Shown here piece by piece: positions 49,011-60,537 of a stretch of 64,000 bases of DNA. The stretch's first letter is position 1. Each line of letters opens with the position of its first letter. Under the pieces are notes generated by a model. That model did not search any database. It was not told where the DNA came from and worked only from the letters and a program-made list of their open reading frames with translations. The stretch spans positions 18,826-82,825 of the forward strand of contig CAWIMJ010000022.1 of NCBI GenBank assembly GCA_963837175.1. The letters are read 5' to 3'. The DNA comes from an uncultured Nitrososphaeraceae archaeon (lineage in GTDB: Archaea > Thermoproteota > Nitrososphaeria > Nitrososphaerales > Nitrososphaeraceae). A program made the position numbers and the translations under genes.

Positions 49011-50927
49011 TTGCTGCCTATTATAGTTATTTTCATATCGTCTTTTTCATTAATTCCAATGAAGACTGCTTTTGGTGATGGCTTGTTCATGGAACAACTA
49101 TCAGCGTCTTTTGGAAATAGAAAAGCAGATTTGCTTATCAAAATGACACCTCCTGTAGTTACAACAGAGACATTGAAGAACCCGAACCAACACCCAGTTA
49201 TTCAATTTAAGCTCTTTGACTCAAATACAGACAAGGGTATAAAACATGTAACATATTTTATAACAATAGAAAAAAATGGTAAAAAACTACTTTCAAATTG
49301 GTTCCATGATCACAATGGAGATTTGAAATTAGAGATACAACCAAGGAATACATCTGCAGTAACAGTCTATGGCGAACCGGATCCAATTTTGCAGGCATAT
49401 ACAGGAACAGCAAATAGTCCTGTAGTTGCTCAAGGACCAATATTTCTAGAAGGTGGTTTATATCATTTCATAGTAAGGATAGTAACAGTCGACTTTGATA
49501 CGACCATTCTTCCTGACGATAAGCAACCGGTTTATGATGGCTGGTTAAGTGTTGGCAACACAGAGGAGAAACAGATAATAATAGATGGTCAACAACTCCC
49601 AATTCAAATAATTTCTTATTATGATAGATTAAATGGCTTCAAGTTCGATGAAAGCAAGATACAGATGCAGTTTACTATGCCATTTGATTGGAATACTACA
49701 AGATTAGAACAAAATAAAATACTAGTTCACGAAGAAGTCACAGTTCCAAAACCATCGGAATTTGCTGCAAAAAGATCCTATGTAGGAACAGTAAATGATA
49801 TTGATGTAACAAAAAATCTAGTATTAGACGATACTGATCCGCAAAAAGATGTGATTCACTTTATGCTACCAAAACCGGAAGTTATTAAAATTGCTGAACA
49901 AGTAAATAACAAAAGTAGTCAGGCATCTTCTTCTTCTAATGAATCAATGAAGTTTACTTTGCAGCCTGGTGGAACAGGAGCATCAGCGGCAGCTGCTACT
50001 GGTACTAGTACTAATAATACCAATAATACTTCACCAATAACGACTACTACTTCCAAGCCTATTGAAAAACTAACAGATGGTGGCACGTACAAAATAAATA
50101 TGTCTTATAGTCCAGCTAACATACAACCTACAAATACTACAACTTTTAATCTAGAATTTCTTGATCCAAAAACAAATCAAAAGAAAGACAATGTCCAGTA
50201 TGATTTCATGATTATGCCAGCAGAAGACCCTGAGACAATGTTAACACATAGAGCAGCCAAGATAGCTCAGAATGGTTCTGCACAGCAATCTTTCACTTTT
50301 AAAGATGAGAATGTCGGCTCTGTCATAGCAAGGGTTGCAAACATAAACAATACTGGAGAATATGCAGACTTTCCATTAATAGTTACTAAAAATAATACTG
50401 CTGATAATACCAATAATACTTCTAGCAATCAGACCACCCAACAAGCAAGTAGTAGTAGCCCTTCCCCCAGTTCTACTTCAACAATAACAGCATCTCCACC
50501 CATGGAAAAACTAACAGATGGTGGCACGTACAAAATAAATATGTCTTATAGTCCAGCTAACATACAACCTACAAATACTACAACTTTTAATCTAGAATTT
50601 CTTGATCCAAAAACAAATCAAAAGAAAGACAATGTCCAGTATGATTTCATGATTATGCCAGCAGAAGACCCTGAGACAATGTTAACACATAGAGCAGCCA
50701 AGATAGCTCAGAATGGTTCTGCACAGCAATCTTTCACTTTTAAAGATGAGAATGTCGGCTCTGTCATAGCAAGGGTTGCAAACATAAACAATACTGGAGA
50801 ATATGCAGACTTTCCATTAACAGTAGTACCAGAATTTCCATTTGCCACAGTAATATATATGGCCACGGCATTTGGTTTGATTATTTCACTGGCTATATTT
50901 ACGAAGAGAAAATCATCATACCAATGA
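49011..50927 (+). CDS. PEF(G)-CTERM-type surface protein with a duplicated Ig-like domain
   Basis: Signal peptide, WFHDHNG, MPFDW and HEEV; C-terminal VPEFP + TM + basic tail. Confidence 0.88.
   Translation: MLPIIVIFISSFSLIPMKTAFGDGLFMEQLSASFGNRKADLLIKMTPPVVTTETLKNPNQHPVIQFKLFDSNTDKGIKHVTYFITIEKNGKKLLSNWFHDHNGDLKLEIQPRNTSAVTVYGEPDPILQAYTGTANSPVVAQGPIFLEGGLYHFIVRIVTVDFDTTILPDDKQPVYDGWLSVGNTEEKQIIIDGQQLPIQIISYYDRLNGFKFDESKIQMQFTMPFDWNTTRLEQNKILVHEEVTVPKPSEFAAKRSYVGTVNDIDVTKNLVLDDTDPQKDVIHFMLPKPEVIKIAEQVNNKSSQASSSSNESMKFTLQPGGTGASAAAATGTSTNNTNNTSPITTTTSKPIEKLTDGGTYKINMSYSPANIQPTNTTTFNLEFLDPKTNQKKDNVQYDFMIMPAEDPETMLTHRAAKIAQNGSAQQSFTFKDENVGSVIARVANINNTGEYADFPLIVTKNNTADNTNNTSSNQTTQQASSSSPSPSSTSTITASPPMEKLTDGGTYKINMSYSPANIQPTNTTTFNLEFLDPKTNQKKDNVQYDFMIMPAEDPETMLTHRAAKIAQNGSAQQSFTFKDENVGSVIARVANINNTGEYADFPLTVVPEFPFATVIYMATAFGLIISLAIFTKRKSSYQ
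50064..50820 (+). repeat. Two apparently identical 316-bp copies (50064-50379, 50505-50820)
   Basis: Direct comparison; offset 441 nt, in frame. Confidence 0.95.
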
Positions 50928-51177
50928 TCTAATCAGAATCTGCAACACGCCAGAATCCATGTTTACAAGGATATAGATAGCATCAAGAATCATCGATCAA
51001 TAATATGTATTCTATCACAGTACAAATAAGTTAAAACAGAAGGACTGAATCAAGGAATTTATCTTTTTCGATTCTCGTATTTTGCTTCAAAGACTTCCAC
51101 AATCATCATCCTCATTTACATAGCCTTATAGACAATATATTAATAGAAACATTATAAGAAAACAGAGGATAATAATT

Positions 51178-52260
51178 ATGCCAAAAGAAAAAATAGATAA
51201 TAAGCTTGGATATTGGGCTTCTCAAGAACAATACGCTATGCAGGATTTACTAAAGTTTGTAATTGAAGCTGAAAAATACGGCTTTGATAGTTGCTTGACT
51301 AGTGACCATTTTCATCCGTGGTGGCATGACAATGGATATGGCAACTTTACTTGGATTTGGATAGCAGCAGCGGCTGAGCGAACCAAAAGAATGCAATTTA
51401 TAACAGGTGTGACTGCCGCTGTATATCGTTATAATCCAGCTATAATTGCACAAGCTTTTGCCTCTCTTGATGTTCTATATCCAGGTCGAATTGGCCTTGG
51501 CATAGGCACAGGTGAAGCTATGAATGAGGTCCCTTTAGGGTTTGATTGGCCTGATGCAAAAACCAGATTGGCACGGACCACTGAAGCAATTCAAATTATA
51601 AAAAATCTTTGGAGAAAGGAAGAAGAGATAGGAAAGGTAAATGATGGTAAAGAAAATGAAAGAAGAAGTTATTACGATAACGACGGTTTTTTGTACTTTA
51701 ACGGTCAATATTTTAAAATTAAAAACTCAAAACTGTATACTCCGCCTTTAATGAAAATACCATTGTATATGGCAGCGAGTGGAGAGGAAGCAACCAGAAT
51801 TGCTGGACAATATACTGATGGTTTGATTACAGTTCAAAAACCTGATAAATCAAAAGAAATATTTGATATATTTGATAAATCTGCTACTGAGCAAGGAAAA
51901 GATCCAACCTCTTTAGAAAAAATAGCCAAGCCTAAAGTATCTTACTCAGAAGATTATGATAAAGCTTTTAAGACTACAGAGTTTTGGCGAGCTTCTTTAA
52001 TAGAAAATGTATTTGATTTAGATATAAGCAATCCAAGAAAATTAGAACAAAAGGCAAAAGAAGAAGTGCCAGATGAAAAAGTGAAAGAATCAACGTTGAT
52101 AGTTACTTCAATTGAGGATTTAATCAAGCCTATAGAAGAATATTTCAAAGTTGGCTATACAAGAGTATATATACATAGTACTAGTCCTAATGAAATAGAA
52201 TTTATTCAAGCCTTTTGTGATAAGGTATTGACTTATTTTAATGACATAATTAAGATGTAA
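51178..52260 (+). CDS. LLM-class F420-dependent oxidoreductase (G6PDH-like subfamily)
   Basis: SQEQY, SDHFHPW, AQAFASL and GTGEAMNE motifs. Confidence 0.92.
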   Translation: MPKEKIDNKLGYWASQEQYAMQDLLKFVIEAEKYGFDSCLTSDHFHPWWHDNGYGNFTWIWIAAAAERTKRMQFITGVTAAVYRYNPAIIAQAFASLDVLYPGRIGLGIGTGEAMNEVPLGFDWPDAKTRLARTTEAIQIIKNLWRKEEEIGKVNDGKENERRSYYDNDGFLYFNGQYFKIKNSKLYTPPLMKIPLYMAASGEEATRIAGQYTDGLITVQKPDKSKEIFDIFDKSATEQGKDPTSLEKIAKPKVSYSEDYDKAFKTTEFWRASLIENVFDLDISNPRKLEQKAKEEVPDEKVKESTLIVTSIEDLIKPIEEYFKVGYTRVYIHSTSPNEIEFIQAFCDKVLTYFNDIIKM

Positions 52261-53134
52261 ATAAGACCATTAGAGTAAGGAATACAATAAATTAAACTAA
52301 AATACAAAAGGAAAAAAAGAAATTGTCAGACTCCTACTGCTGCTAGTTTTGCTACTGATTCTACTAGGATGTCCAAATGCGTTTTATTCTTTGTCGTCGA
52401 TCTAACCTGCTCCTAATTCATCGTTATTTGGGTCTTCATCGTTCAAATCCAATACTGGCTTTCCATGTGTTAACTCTAGTATTTCCATGTTTTAAAGTAG
52501 AAAGCAACACTCACGCTTTGAGGTTTTATGAATAGTCATCTCGCATTCGAAAAATGGTTTTGTTTTATACAGAGGTATATAACTGATTTTACTTGGTAGA
52601 AAATAATAAAGTTTCAATCACCATTGGGTTCATGCTTGATGGATTGGCATAATATGGCAATCATTATTGATACGCTTTATCCTTGTTCTTCTATTCAGAG
52701 AATAAACGAAAATAATATAGAGTAAGGAGAAATGCATTCAGAACCTAATGTCGGGGGTTGAGGTTCTGGATAATGATACAAAAAATAACTTATAATACAT
52801 TACTGCATGGTCCAGCTTAACGTTAACTTAATTATTCTGTATAGATTGTTAAATTATTGAATTTACTAGTTCCTATATATGGTAACAATGTCATTTAGTT
52901 ATTATTTCATTTTTTAGAATAGAAGCTGTATATTATGAAGTACCTCAAGGGAGGGTTAAACAATGAAAGTTACAAACTTGGGATACTTGCAACTACATTC
53001 GCCGGGTAAAGTCATTCTTATTGTCTTGGGTGAGCGATAGATTGGTTTTTGGAGACAAGCAACAATTACAATAAATCTTTAAGATGTTTCAGTGGATATG
53101 TGATTGTATTAAAAAATTCTGTGTACTGCGAAAT

Positions 53135-53170
53135 TGCAGTTACTGCAGTAACTATTTAGTTACTGCAGTT
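53135..53170. repeat. Nested palindrome / inverted repeat
   Basis: ACTGCAGTAACTA-TT-TAGTTACTGCAGT, overlapping the perfect palindrome AGTTACTGCAGTAACT. Confidence 0.85.
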
Positions 53171-53423
53171 ATTTTTAAATTAAAAAACAAGAATAGATGC
53201 CACCTTGGCCAGGTGCCTAGTATCGTTAACGAAAATACATTAGCTAGACCATTATTAATAAGAAATAACAAAGTAAATACTTCTAGAGATTTTTTCAATT
53301 TCAACTAGTGATTGTAAATTGGAATTAGAACATATCATAAGGATACGAAAAACTGCTGAAATTCTGTTTTTCTAATGTTAAGCCTTATAAGCAAATTTTA
53401 TTTAATAGTATGAAAATTTTAAG

Positions 53424-54269
53424 ATGAAAAATAAAAAATGGTACTGCCCACATTGTTCTCAGACATCTTCAAGACACTGGAATTTGAAGAAACATATTGA
53501 AAGAAAGCATCAGGGAAGAGGACAACCGATACGAGAAGATGGATGGCATTCTATTTCTACTAATACTTCTACTGCAACTCATTACATTCCTGATATGATG
53601 AGTTTGCAGAATAACAATTATCATCTGAATCAAAGATATCAACAGACTCCTTTTTCTGCATCACCATATCCCAAAATAGAAGACACATCTAAAAAAAGAG
53701 AGTTACTAGATGAAATTCTTGAGCCATGGCGGTCTTTAGCCCAAAAAATGAAGGAAATAATGGAAATAAAAAATATCTTCAATGAATTTTCTTCTTTTTC
53801 TTCCTCTTCACAACAACCTAATTTTATTACTAGTCTAGGCCAGACTCCTATGATACAACCAATAATTCCACTAGTTACAACTCCACTACAGCCAACACCA
53901 CCAGCACCACAAGAACAAGAACAAGAACAAAAAAAGAAGAATATTGATCCGTGGACTACTTTTAATCCTAAATTATTTTTGGCTTCAACCTTCCAGATAG
54001 AAGAATTTCAAAGAAGATTAAGAGAGGAAAAAATAGAAGATTTTATTGTCAATCCTCTAGAACTATTGCCGCTACCTATAATTACTATTACTCCTGATGA
54101 TAATAACAATAATTGGGTAATAAAGAGAAATAGACGTGGTGATATTATTGATGCGTATAAAGTTATAACGGATCCTCTCTTAGAGGCTCAAGAATCTTAT
54201 TATCAAGAAAAGAAGAAAGCTGCAGAAAGAATGGAACAAAAAGAGAGAGCATTATTGGATCTATCTTAG
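53424..54269 (+). CDS. C2H2 zinc-finger protein with low-complexity tail
   Basis: WYCPHCSQTSSRHWNLKKHIERKH. Confidence 0.8.
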   Translation: MKNKKWYCPHCSQTSSRHWNLKKHIERKHQGRGQPIREDGWHSISTNTSTATHYIPDMMSLQNNNYHLNQRYQQTPFSASPYPKIEDTSKKRELLDEILEPWRSLAQKMKEIMEIKNIFNEFSSFSSSSQQPNFITSLGQTPMIQPIIPLVTTPLQPTPPAPQEQEQEQKKKNIDPWTTFNPKLFLASTFQIEEFQRRLREEKIEDFIVNPLELLPLPIITITPDDNNNNWVIKRNRRGDIIDAYKVITDPLLEAQESYYQEKKKAAERMEQKERALLDLS

Positions 54270-54542
54270 AATGATGACGGATATTAACAAAAAAAGTCAT
54301 AGATAATTGAATGGATATTATATATGATATGATTGATCCTAACATAGAAAAAAAGAAGGAAAGAATGAAAAAAGCAATAATATAATTAAATAATGGATGA
54401 TGCAACGTTACAAACTTGATTTATTGCAGTCGGACAGCACTTGTGTTACTCAGGTAGGTTGTCTTCCATATGCTTCTTCTGTAAATTCTTTTAGCTTTTG
54501 TTTTAAAAAGTATTCTACATCTCTGAAAATGTATTAGTCTAC

Positions 54543-55727
54543 TCACTCATTCCTAAAGATTAGGATGAATTCTTCTTTCATTTTACCCATTGTAGATCGG
54601 TATTTACGACGATTAATCTCCGTCAATAGGATAAATCCAATATCAGTTGCATCCTTTTTTATAAAATCATTTAACTTCCAAATTTTGCCATTATAAACAG
54701 GATTACCAATAATAATACAACAATACTTTTTTTTACGTAAAACTCTTTTCATCTCTATTAATGCCATATTAATGCCTTGAAAAAATCTATCAGGAGTGTC
54801 AGCTCTGCTGCGCCTTCCACCGATTAACCTCTTCTCTAATTCATACTGACTAAATCCTAGCCACCAAAGCGACAATTTTTGATATTCTGCATATGGAACG
54901 GCTGCCATATATGGTGGATGAGTACAAATAAAATCTATTGTTTCATCATTAATGAATTCTATTTTTCTACTATCATGATTGACTATTCTTATATCTGAGT
55001 TCGTTGTTTCTACGTTATATTCTGACATGCTTTTCAGCATATCTCTAACTACGAGAGCAAATTTCTCGTATATTCTATTTTTGGGAAGTGCTTGCTTATT
55101 TATCATTAGATTTCCAAATCCACTTGTTGCATTAGAAACACTACGTAAAATTGAAGAGAGCGATACCAATAGAAAGTCCTTCACATCCTTATTCTCTACA
55201 GTATCAATTCTGGACTTTATTGCTAATAGTTCATAAATGACATTTTGATGATACCATTTTGGTATATTGGGATGAAGTATCTTACCATTGGAGTTATATA
55301 TGATTGCCCTTTTTTCTCCATGATTGAAGGTTGTATTATTGCCACGTAAGTCAAGGATATCCTCTTTTAATAACATTAAAATTTTTGAAATTTCTACTCG
55401 TGCAGGTTTTTGTATAATTGTGGTTTTTACCTTTGATATTAAACAGGCTAGAGGATTAACATCAATACCTATTGCGTTTCTGCCTAAGACCTTTGATTCA
55501 ACTAAAGTTGTTCCGCTACCCATAAAAGTATCTAATACAAGATCATTCTTTTTAGTAAAGTTGGATATCAGTCGATTTGGAATTTGAGGAATATATTTTG
55601 CTGAATATTGATGGTATCCATGTGTATAATATCTGGTATCTGCGTCTTTTAATTCCCAATCTAAAGCAGAAAGATTTTTGATTTGTTCTAACTCAGTTTG
55701 TGATAGAATTTCTGACTTTAATTTCAT
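54543..55727 (-). CDS. DNA amino-methyltransferase (motif I before motif IV)
   Basis: THGYHQYSAKYIPQ, DTFMGSGTT and THPPY. Confidence 0.9.
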   Translation of the reverse strand: MKLKSEILSQTELEQIKNLSALDWELKDADTRYYTHGYHQYSAKYIPQIPNRLISNFTKKNDLVLDTFMGSGTTLVESKVLGRNAIGIDVNPLACLISKVKTTIIQKPARVEISKILMLLKEDILDLRGNNTTFNHGEKRAIIYNSNGKILHPNIPKWYHQNVIYELLAIKSRIDTVENKDVKDFLLVSLSSILRSVSNATSGFGNLMINKQALPKNRIYEKFALVVRDMLKSMSEYNVETTNSDIRIVNHDSRKIEFINDETIDFICTHPPYMAAVPYAEYQKLSLWWLGFSQYELEKRLIGGRRSRADTPDRFFQGINMALIEMKRVLRKKKYCCIIIGNPVYNGKIWKLNDFIKKDATDIGFILLTEINRRKYRSTMGKMKEEFILIFRNE

Positions 55728-56517
55728 ATTTTACACCTGAATCAATTTTTGCATAATTATTATTATTCCATCCTACGTTATTTTTAATTAATTCCATGTA
55801 TTTTGCATTAACCTCATATATTACAGAATTTCGTTTTAAATCTCTTGCCACTTTCATAGTTGTTCCACTACCACCAAATGGATCAAGAACCACTTCTCCT
55901 TCAATTGTGTATAATTTTATCAATCTCTCTGGCAACATTTCAGGAAATGGTGCTGGATGTCCTTTAGTATATGATACTTTCATATCCCAGACACTCCATG
56001 ATACTTGTTTAATAAATTCCTCAGATAATCTATTTTCTGGCTCGAGGTTTATTCTCATGCGACCATCATTTTGGAAAATTAGAATATATTCATGCATTAT
56101 GTTAAGATTAAAAAAACAAGGATACGGTTCACTCTTTAAAAATTTAGTTACTCCACGCTGCCACAATCCCTGTGTACCTTTTGGTTTTATCCAAATGATC
56201 TCTTTTTTAAATGTAAAACTGAAATCCTCCATCATCTTTACTATGTCTGCATTAATGGGTTTCATTCCAATATCAGATACAGCAGTTCCAACGTTGATTG
56301 CAACAAACCTTCCAGGAGCCAGTATTCTTTTTACCTCTTTAAAGACTCTCTGAATTTCATACAAATATTTTGCGTATGCTTGATTAGGGCCTAATCCAGT
56401 TTCTCCATATTTTTTAAGGTTCCAATATGGTGGAGAAGTAACAACGAAATGAATAGACCCAGAATCAATTTCTGGCATGAATGCAGAATCGCCTATAATT
56501 AAAGTATGACTCGTCAT
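55693..56517 (-). CDS. DNA N4-C/N6-A methyltransferase, beta class
   Basis: TSPPY, HPAPFP and DPFGGSGTT. Confidence 0.93.
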   Translation of the reverse strand: MTSHTLIIGDSAFMPEIDSGSIHFVVTSPPYWNLKKYGETGLGPNQAYAKYLYEIQRVFKEVKRILAPGRFVAINVGTAVSDIGMKPINADIVKMMEDFSFTFKKEIIWIKPKGTQGLWQRGVTKFLKSEPYPCFFNLNIMHEYILIFQNDGRMRINLEPENRLSEEFIKQVSWSVWDMKVSYTKGHPAPFPEMLPERLIKLYTIEGEVVLDPFGGSGTTMKVARDLKRNSVIYEVNAKYMELIKNNVGWNNNNYAKIDSGVKYEIKVRNSITN

Positions 56518-56689
56518 TATACGAGTTATCTACCGATCCAGCTATTAAAGATCAGAGTAAAGTTCATCAGTATTGTTGTCTTTCTATTCGTCTCTTTCAT
56601 TTATATCTTATCGTATTCATAAATTGAGATAATTTTAACTGGAATTAAATCATACAAGTAACAAGGGGTCATAGTTGCACAGTTAAACT

Positions 56690-57195
56690 ATGTTGCATCA
56701 AAACAGCTCTCCCCTTATCATATAGACGAAACCACTACGATTCAGATGGTAACAATGATGCATGGCTATTGGTAGCAATAGAACCCCAGTCATCATCAAA
56801 TTCTCTGTGTTTATATGTCAAGGCTAGGCAATATGTTAGTTGCAGAGATATTCTTGATATCATTGATTAAACTTTATGGAAAACATGTTGTCTATTCTGA
56901 TGATGCAGGACCATGGTACCATGAAGCTTATAATTCTGTTGGGATTAAATATAAACTACATATATCATTTGAAAAGTGCATTATTGAAAGGGCTATGGAG
57001 TATGTCAAGAATAGAACCGAAGACTTTGACTATTGTCCATAAGTGTAAAGAAAGCAATAGATTGTAACCAAATACATGCCTACCATTGGATGATAGTGTT
57101 TACATGTCTACATAACCTATCAGATCATATTCTGACTCTGGCCTTCTTAACTACTTGGCAGGTGGTAAAAACAAACCTTAACTTAACAGAACTGG
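56690..57195 (+). mobile_element. Degraded IS6-family transposase relic
   Basis: IDET, LYGKH.VYSD..WY and IIERAMEYVKNRTE.FD, with multiple frameshifts; ends approximate. Confidence 0.8.
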
Positions 57196-57241
57196 CATCC
57201 TGAAGGAAAAGAAGAAATATATCTAGCATTGATGGATAATT

Positions 57242-57757
57242 ATGGTATCAGTAGTTAATAATTCGATCAGGAGAATAATAATATTATTTCCCATTGTTGC
57301 TATTATCTCAACTCTACCTTTATTACATGGGACATTTGCTTATCATGGACAAGAAATTTCATTGGTATTAAATTCGGCGGACTTCACATCACTTTCTACA
57401 AACAAAACTGGTAACCAAGTCAGAGTGTTTGTAAATTATACTGTTAATGACCCTTCAATAGATAGTCAAACTATTAATTCTGTTATGAAAGTCTATAGTC
57501 CTAATGGAACATTGCTTAAAACATCTTCATCACCAAATGGATTTACTATCAATAACACTGGAGTCCAACGCCATTCAACTACCTTAACTAATAGTATTAT
57601 ACAAAATATTTCAGCAGTTGTGCAATTTACTGATGTATCAAAGATAATACCTCTATCAAATTCAGTAGTTGTCAAACTTAACTTGGCAAATTCTTCTACA
57701 GCAATAAAACCAGAGGATAAAAAGCCTGCAATTGCTTCATTACCACCGCCGTCATAA
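57242..57757 (+). CDS. Secreted Ig-like hypothetical protein
   Basis: Signal peptide TFA|YHG, beta-rich sequence with many N-glycosylation sequons. Confidence 0.8.
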   Translation: MVSVVNNSIRRIIILFPIVAIISTLPLLHGTFAYHGQEISLVLNSADFTSLSTNKTGNQVRVFVNYTVNDPSIDSQTINSVMKVYSPNGTLLKTSSSPNGFTINNTGVQRHSTTLTNSIIQNISAVVQFTDVSKIIPLSNSVVVKLNLANSSTAIKPEDKKPAIASLPPPS

Positions 57758-58463
57758 TACTACTACTATTGGAAAGCACTGTATTTGGGAATCTGCACGC
57801 ACAATATCAATTTTTTTTCTTAATAGATTAGGCAAAAAATAGGCAGATTAAACTATTATAATTAAGTGTTTACCATAAATCATGCTATATGATCATGTTA
57901 TAAATAGGAGTTGATAATAGTATCACATTATTCGTTGAAAGAATATAAAAACATTAGATCGCCATAACTAATTCTTGTTGGCACTCTTTTCTATTTTCCA
58001 CCATTATATGTTTACTTTTATATTTTTCTGTATCTTCATTATTGTCTTGCATCATTGTGGATCTTCATAATTGTTTACTTTCTAATATTTGTCCGTGATT
58101 AAATACTAAAAGTACTACTGCTGTATTACGCTTATTAATAATGTGTTTATTACATATGCAACTACAGGGTAATATACTGCCTAATATAATTTCGTATATC
58201 TTTTAAAACCAAGTAAAAGGATTTTTTAAGCATAGTAAACCTTACATATTAAGAAAAATCTGTAAACGAACTTTTGTTAGTTAGTATAGCTAAACCCCAT
58301 TATTAAATTTAAAAAGCAAAGTTATATTATTATTATCATTATTGAAAGATGATTTTTTTGTTTGCAGTATCTTGTTATCTAAAACCAATGCATTTTTATG
58401 CATAGATTTTTGTGTTCATATTTTATCAGTAAAGATTTTAAATCTAAATGTTGTTGAGGTGTT

Positions 58464-58604
58464 ATGATGATAGGTGCAACATTCTCTTGTAATTGTTGTA
58501 AAATAAAATTTCAAGTAATTGGAATATCCACCAAAAACGAACCTAAGTATTGTCCATACTGTGGTGTGAATTCCATAGAAACCTATAACATTATTCTCTG
58601 TTAG
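58464..58604 (+). CDS. 46-aa zinc-ribbon microprotein (below track cut-off)
   Basis: GAGGTG SD-like site; MMIGATFSCNCCKIKF...KYCPYCG. Confidence 0.65.
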   Translation: MMIGATFSCNCCKIKFQVIGISTKNEPKYCPYCGVNSIETYNIILC

Positions 58605-58720
58605 TCTTTATTCGCCAGATCTTGGAAAATTATGCATTAAAATATTCAGTATAATTTAATGAAGGGAATTTTGCATTATAAAAATGAAAGTGGTTACGAC
58701 GACTTATCTACTATTTAGTA

Positions 58721-59365
58721 CTACTTTACAATAATTCTTCCAGTCATCCATGGATGGAAAATACATATGTAATCATAATTTCCTGCTTTTTTAAATGTTG
58801 CACTAAATGTAGTTATAGGTGGGATTCCTGGTAGTATTTGTCCTGCTGGAAGTATCACACCTGAATTAACATACTTTTCAGTTCCATCTATTTCATATAA
58901 AGCATTTGGATTCAGGTATGTGACATTATCAGTTGAATCAATTACAACTGGATAAAATCCTCTTGCATCTAAAGCCGCTATAACATTTGTTCTATTTGTA
59001 CCATTACCATTAGGTATTACTACTGCTTCACTATTAGCCCCTGGAGGCAAGGGTATGAATTGTGTTGAGTCGGAAACAGCAAAGGGTGCAATTATATCTG
59101 TCATATATTTATTATCCATTACAAAGGTAACTGTATGCGGCTCTGACACCTCTGTAGGATTATACCAAGTTACACTTTCACCTACATTGATTTGTACGTC
59201 CTTCGGTAAAAACCGACTAAATGAAATAGTAGCATTTCCTCCTCCAGCTTGTACTACTTTATTTGCAGTCTCTTCTCTTGTTGCGTTTGTGGTATTAATA
59301 TGCGTCATCATTACAAATACTATTGTAACAATGACAATGAATGCCAATATTCTCTTGTAATGCAT
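58721..59365 (-). CDS. Secreted type-1 blue copper protein (cupredoxin)
   Basis: EPHTVT and YICIFHPWMTG give the His, Cys, His and Met ligands. Confidence 0.93.
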   Translation of the reverse strand: MHYKRILAFIVIVTIVFVMMTHINTTNATREETANKVVQAGGGNATISFSRFLPKDVQINVGESVTWYNPTEVSEPHTVTFVMDNKYMTDIIAPFAVSDSTQFIPLPPGANSEAVVIPNGNGTNRTNVIAALDARGFYPVVIDSTDNVTYLNPNALYEIDGTEKYVNSGVILPAGQILPGIPPITTFSATFKKAGNYDYICIFHPWMTGRIIVK

Positions 59366-59901
59366 ACTATATCGGTGATTGGGATTATATATTATAAGAA
59401 TTATTCATGTATGAAAATTATAATATAATCTACCTCAGCAAATGTATATATTTTCTCTACAGATTACGTTAGCATTGTACATGGTGGATGTGATATCATC
59501 ATGTATTGGAGGGATAATTTTATTTATATATGGAATTGTTCCTACTCTTCTACCAATGCATTTTATAATAAGGCTGCACTTTCACCAATAAACCAAGCAA
59601 GCCTTTGCCAACTCCACTTGGCGTTGACTAGATAATTGGTAGATATATGGTATGTATGTGACATGCATGAGATATAACCAAACAAAGTTACAAAAGACAT
59701 CAAAAAAAGCAAACCAGAAAAGCAATTTACTTAATGGCTTTTAAATGGGGGAAAAAATGGCACGCTGACTCTTTCTTTAATGTTGTGAGCGTTATTATAT
59801 TTAGAATGAATCCTTAGACATTTTTGCAAATGCCTCCCCAGTTTTTCTAAGCTCCTCAGGAGACAGATCTTGCTAATGGGTTTTCACCAGTAAATCCTGA
59901 A

Positions 59902-60523
59902 TTGAGCAAAAGACAGGCAATAAATAGTTCAGAAAATATAGTAGGAGGCGGCGTTACCAATAATCTTTCTCCACAAAGTCTAATTCAATCAGGCTCTCCG
60001 TTAATAGGAAAGCCAGCTGCACCGATTACAATAGTGGAATTTGGAGACTTTCAGTGCAAATTCTGTGATAGATTTGCTAAAGAAACAGAACCGAAAATTA
60101 ACGCAACTTACTTTCAGACTGGCAAGGTTAATATGATAGTCAAGAATTTTGTAATATATGGCCCTGATTCACCACAGCTGCCATGGCAGCTCAGTGTGCA
60201 AATGACCAAGGCAAGTTTTGGAATTTTATAATATATTATACAAAAATCAAGGAGAAAACTCTGGTTGGGCTAATGCAGACAATCTGAAAAAATTCGCGTC
60301 ACAAATACTTGGATTGAACATACAAGAGTTTAGTTTCTGTCCTGATAGTGCAAAATACAAATCCTTCGTAGATAAAGATAACGCGTTTGCAATTACATCA
60401 GGCTTTCAACGAACACCCACATTCATAATAGAAAAGAGTGATGGTTCTAAACCAGAAACTTTACTTGGAGCACATCCTTTTCCTTCGTTTCAAGCAATAA
60501 TTGATAAGAAATTGAGTGAATAA
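59902..60523 (+). pseudogene. DsbA-family thioredoxin, frameshifted near 60172
   Basis: EFGDFQCKFC in ORF1 and TPTF plus GAHPF in ORF2; the shifted frame reads AAMAAQCANDQGKFW. Confidence 0.85.
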
Positions 60524-60537
60524 GTGAATATATCAAT

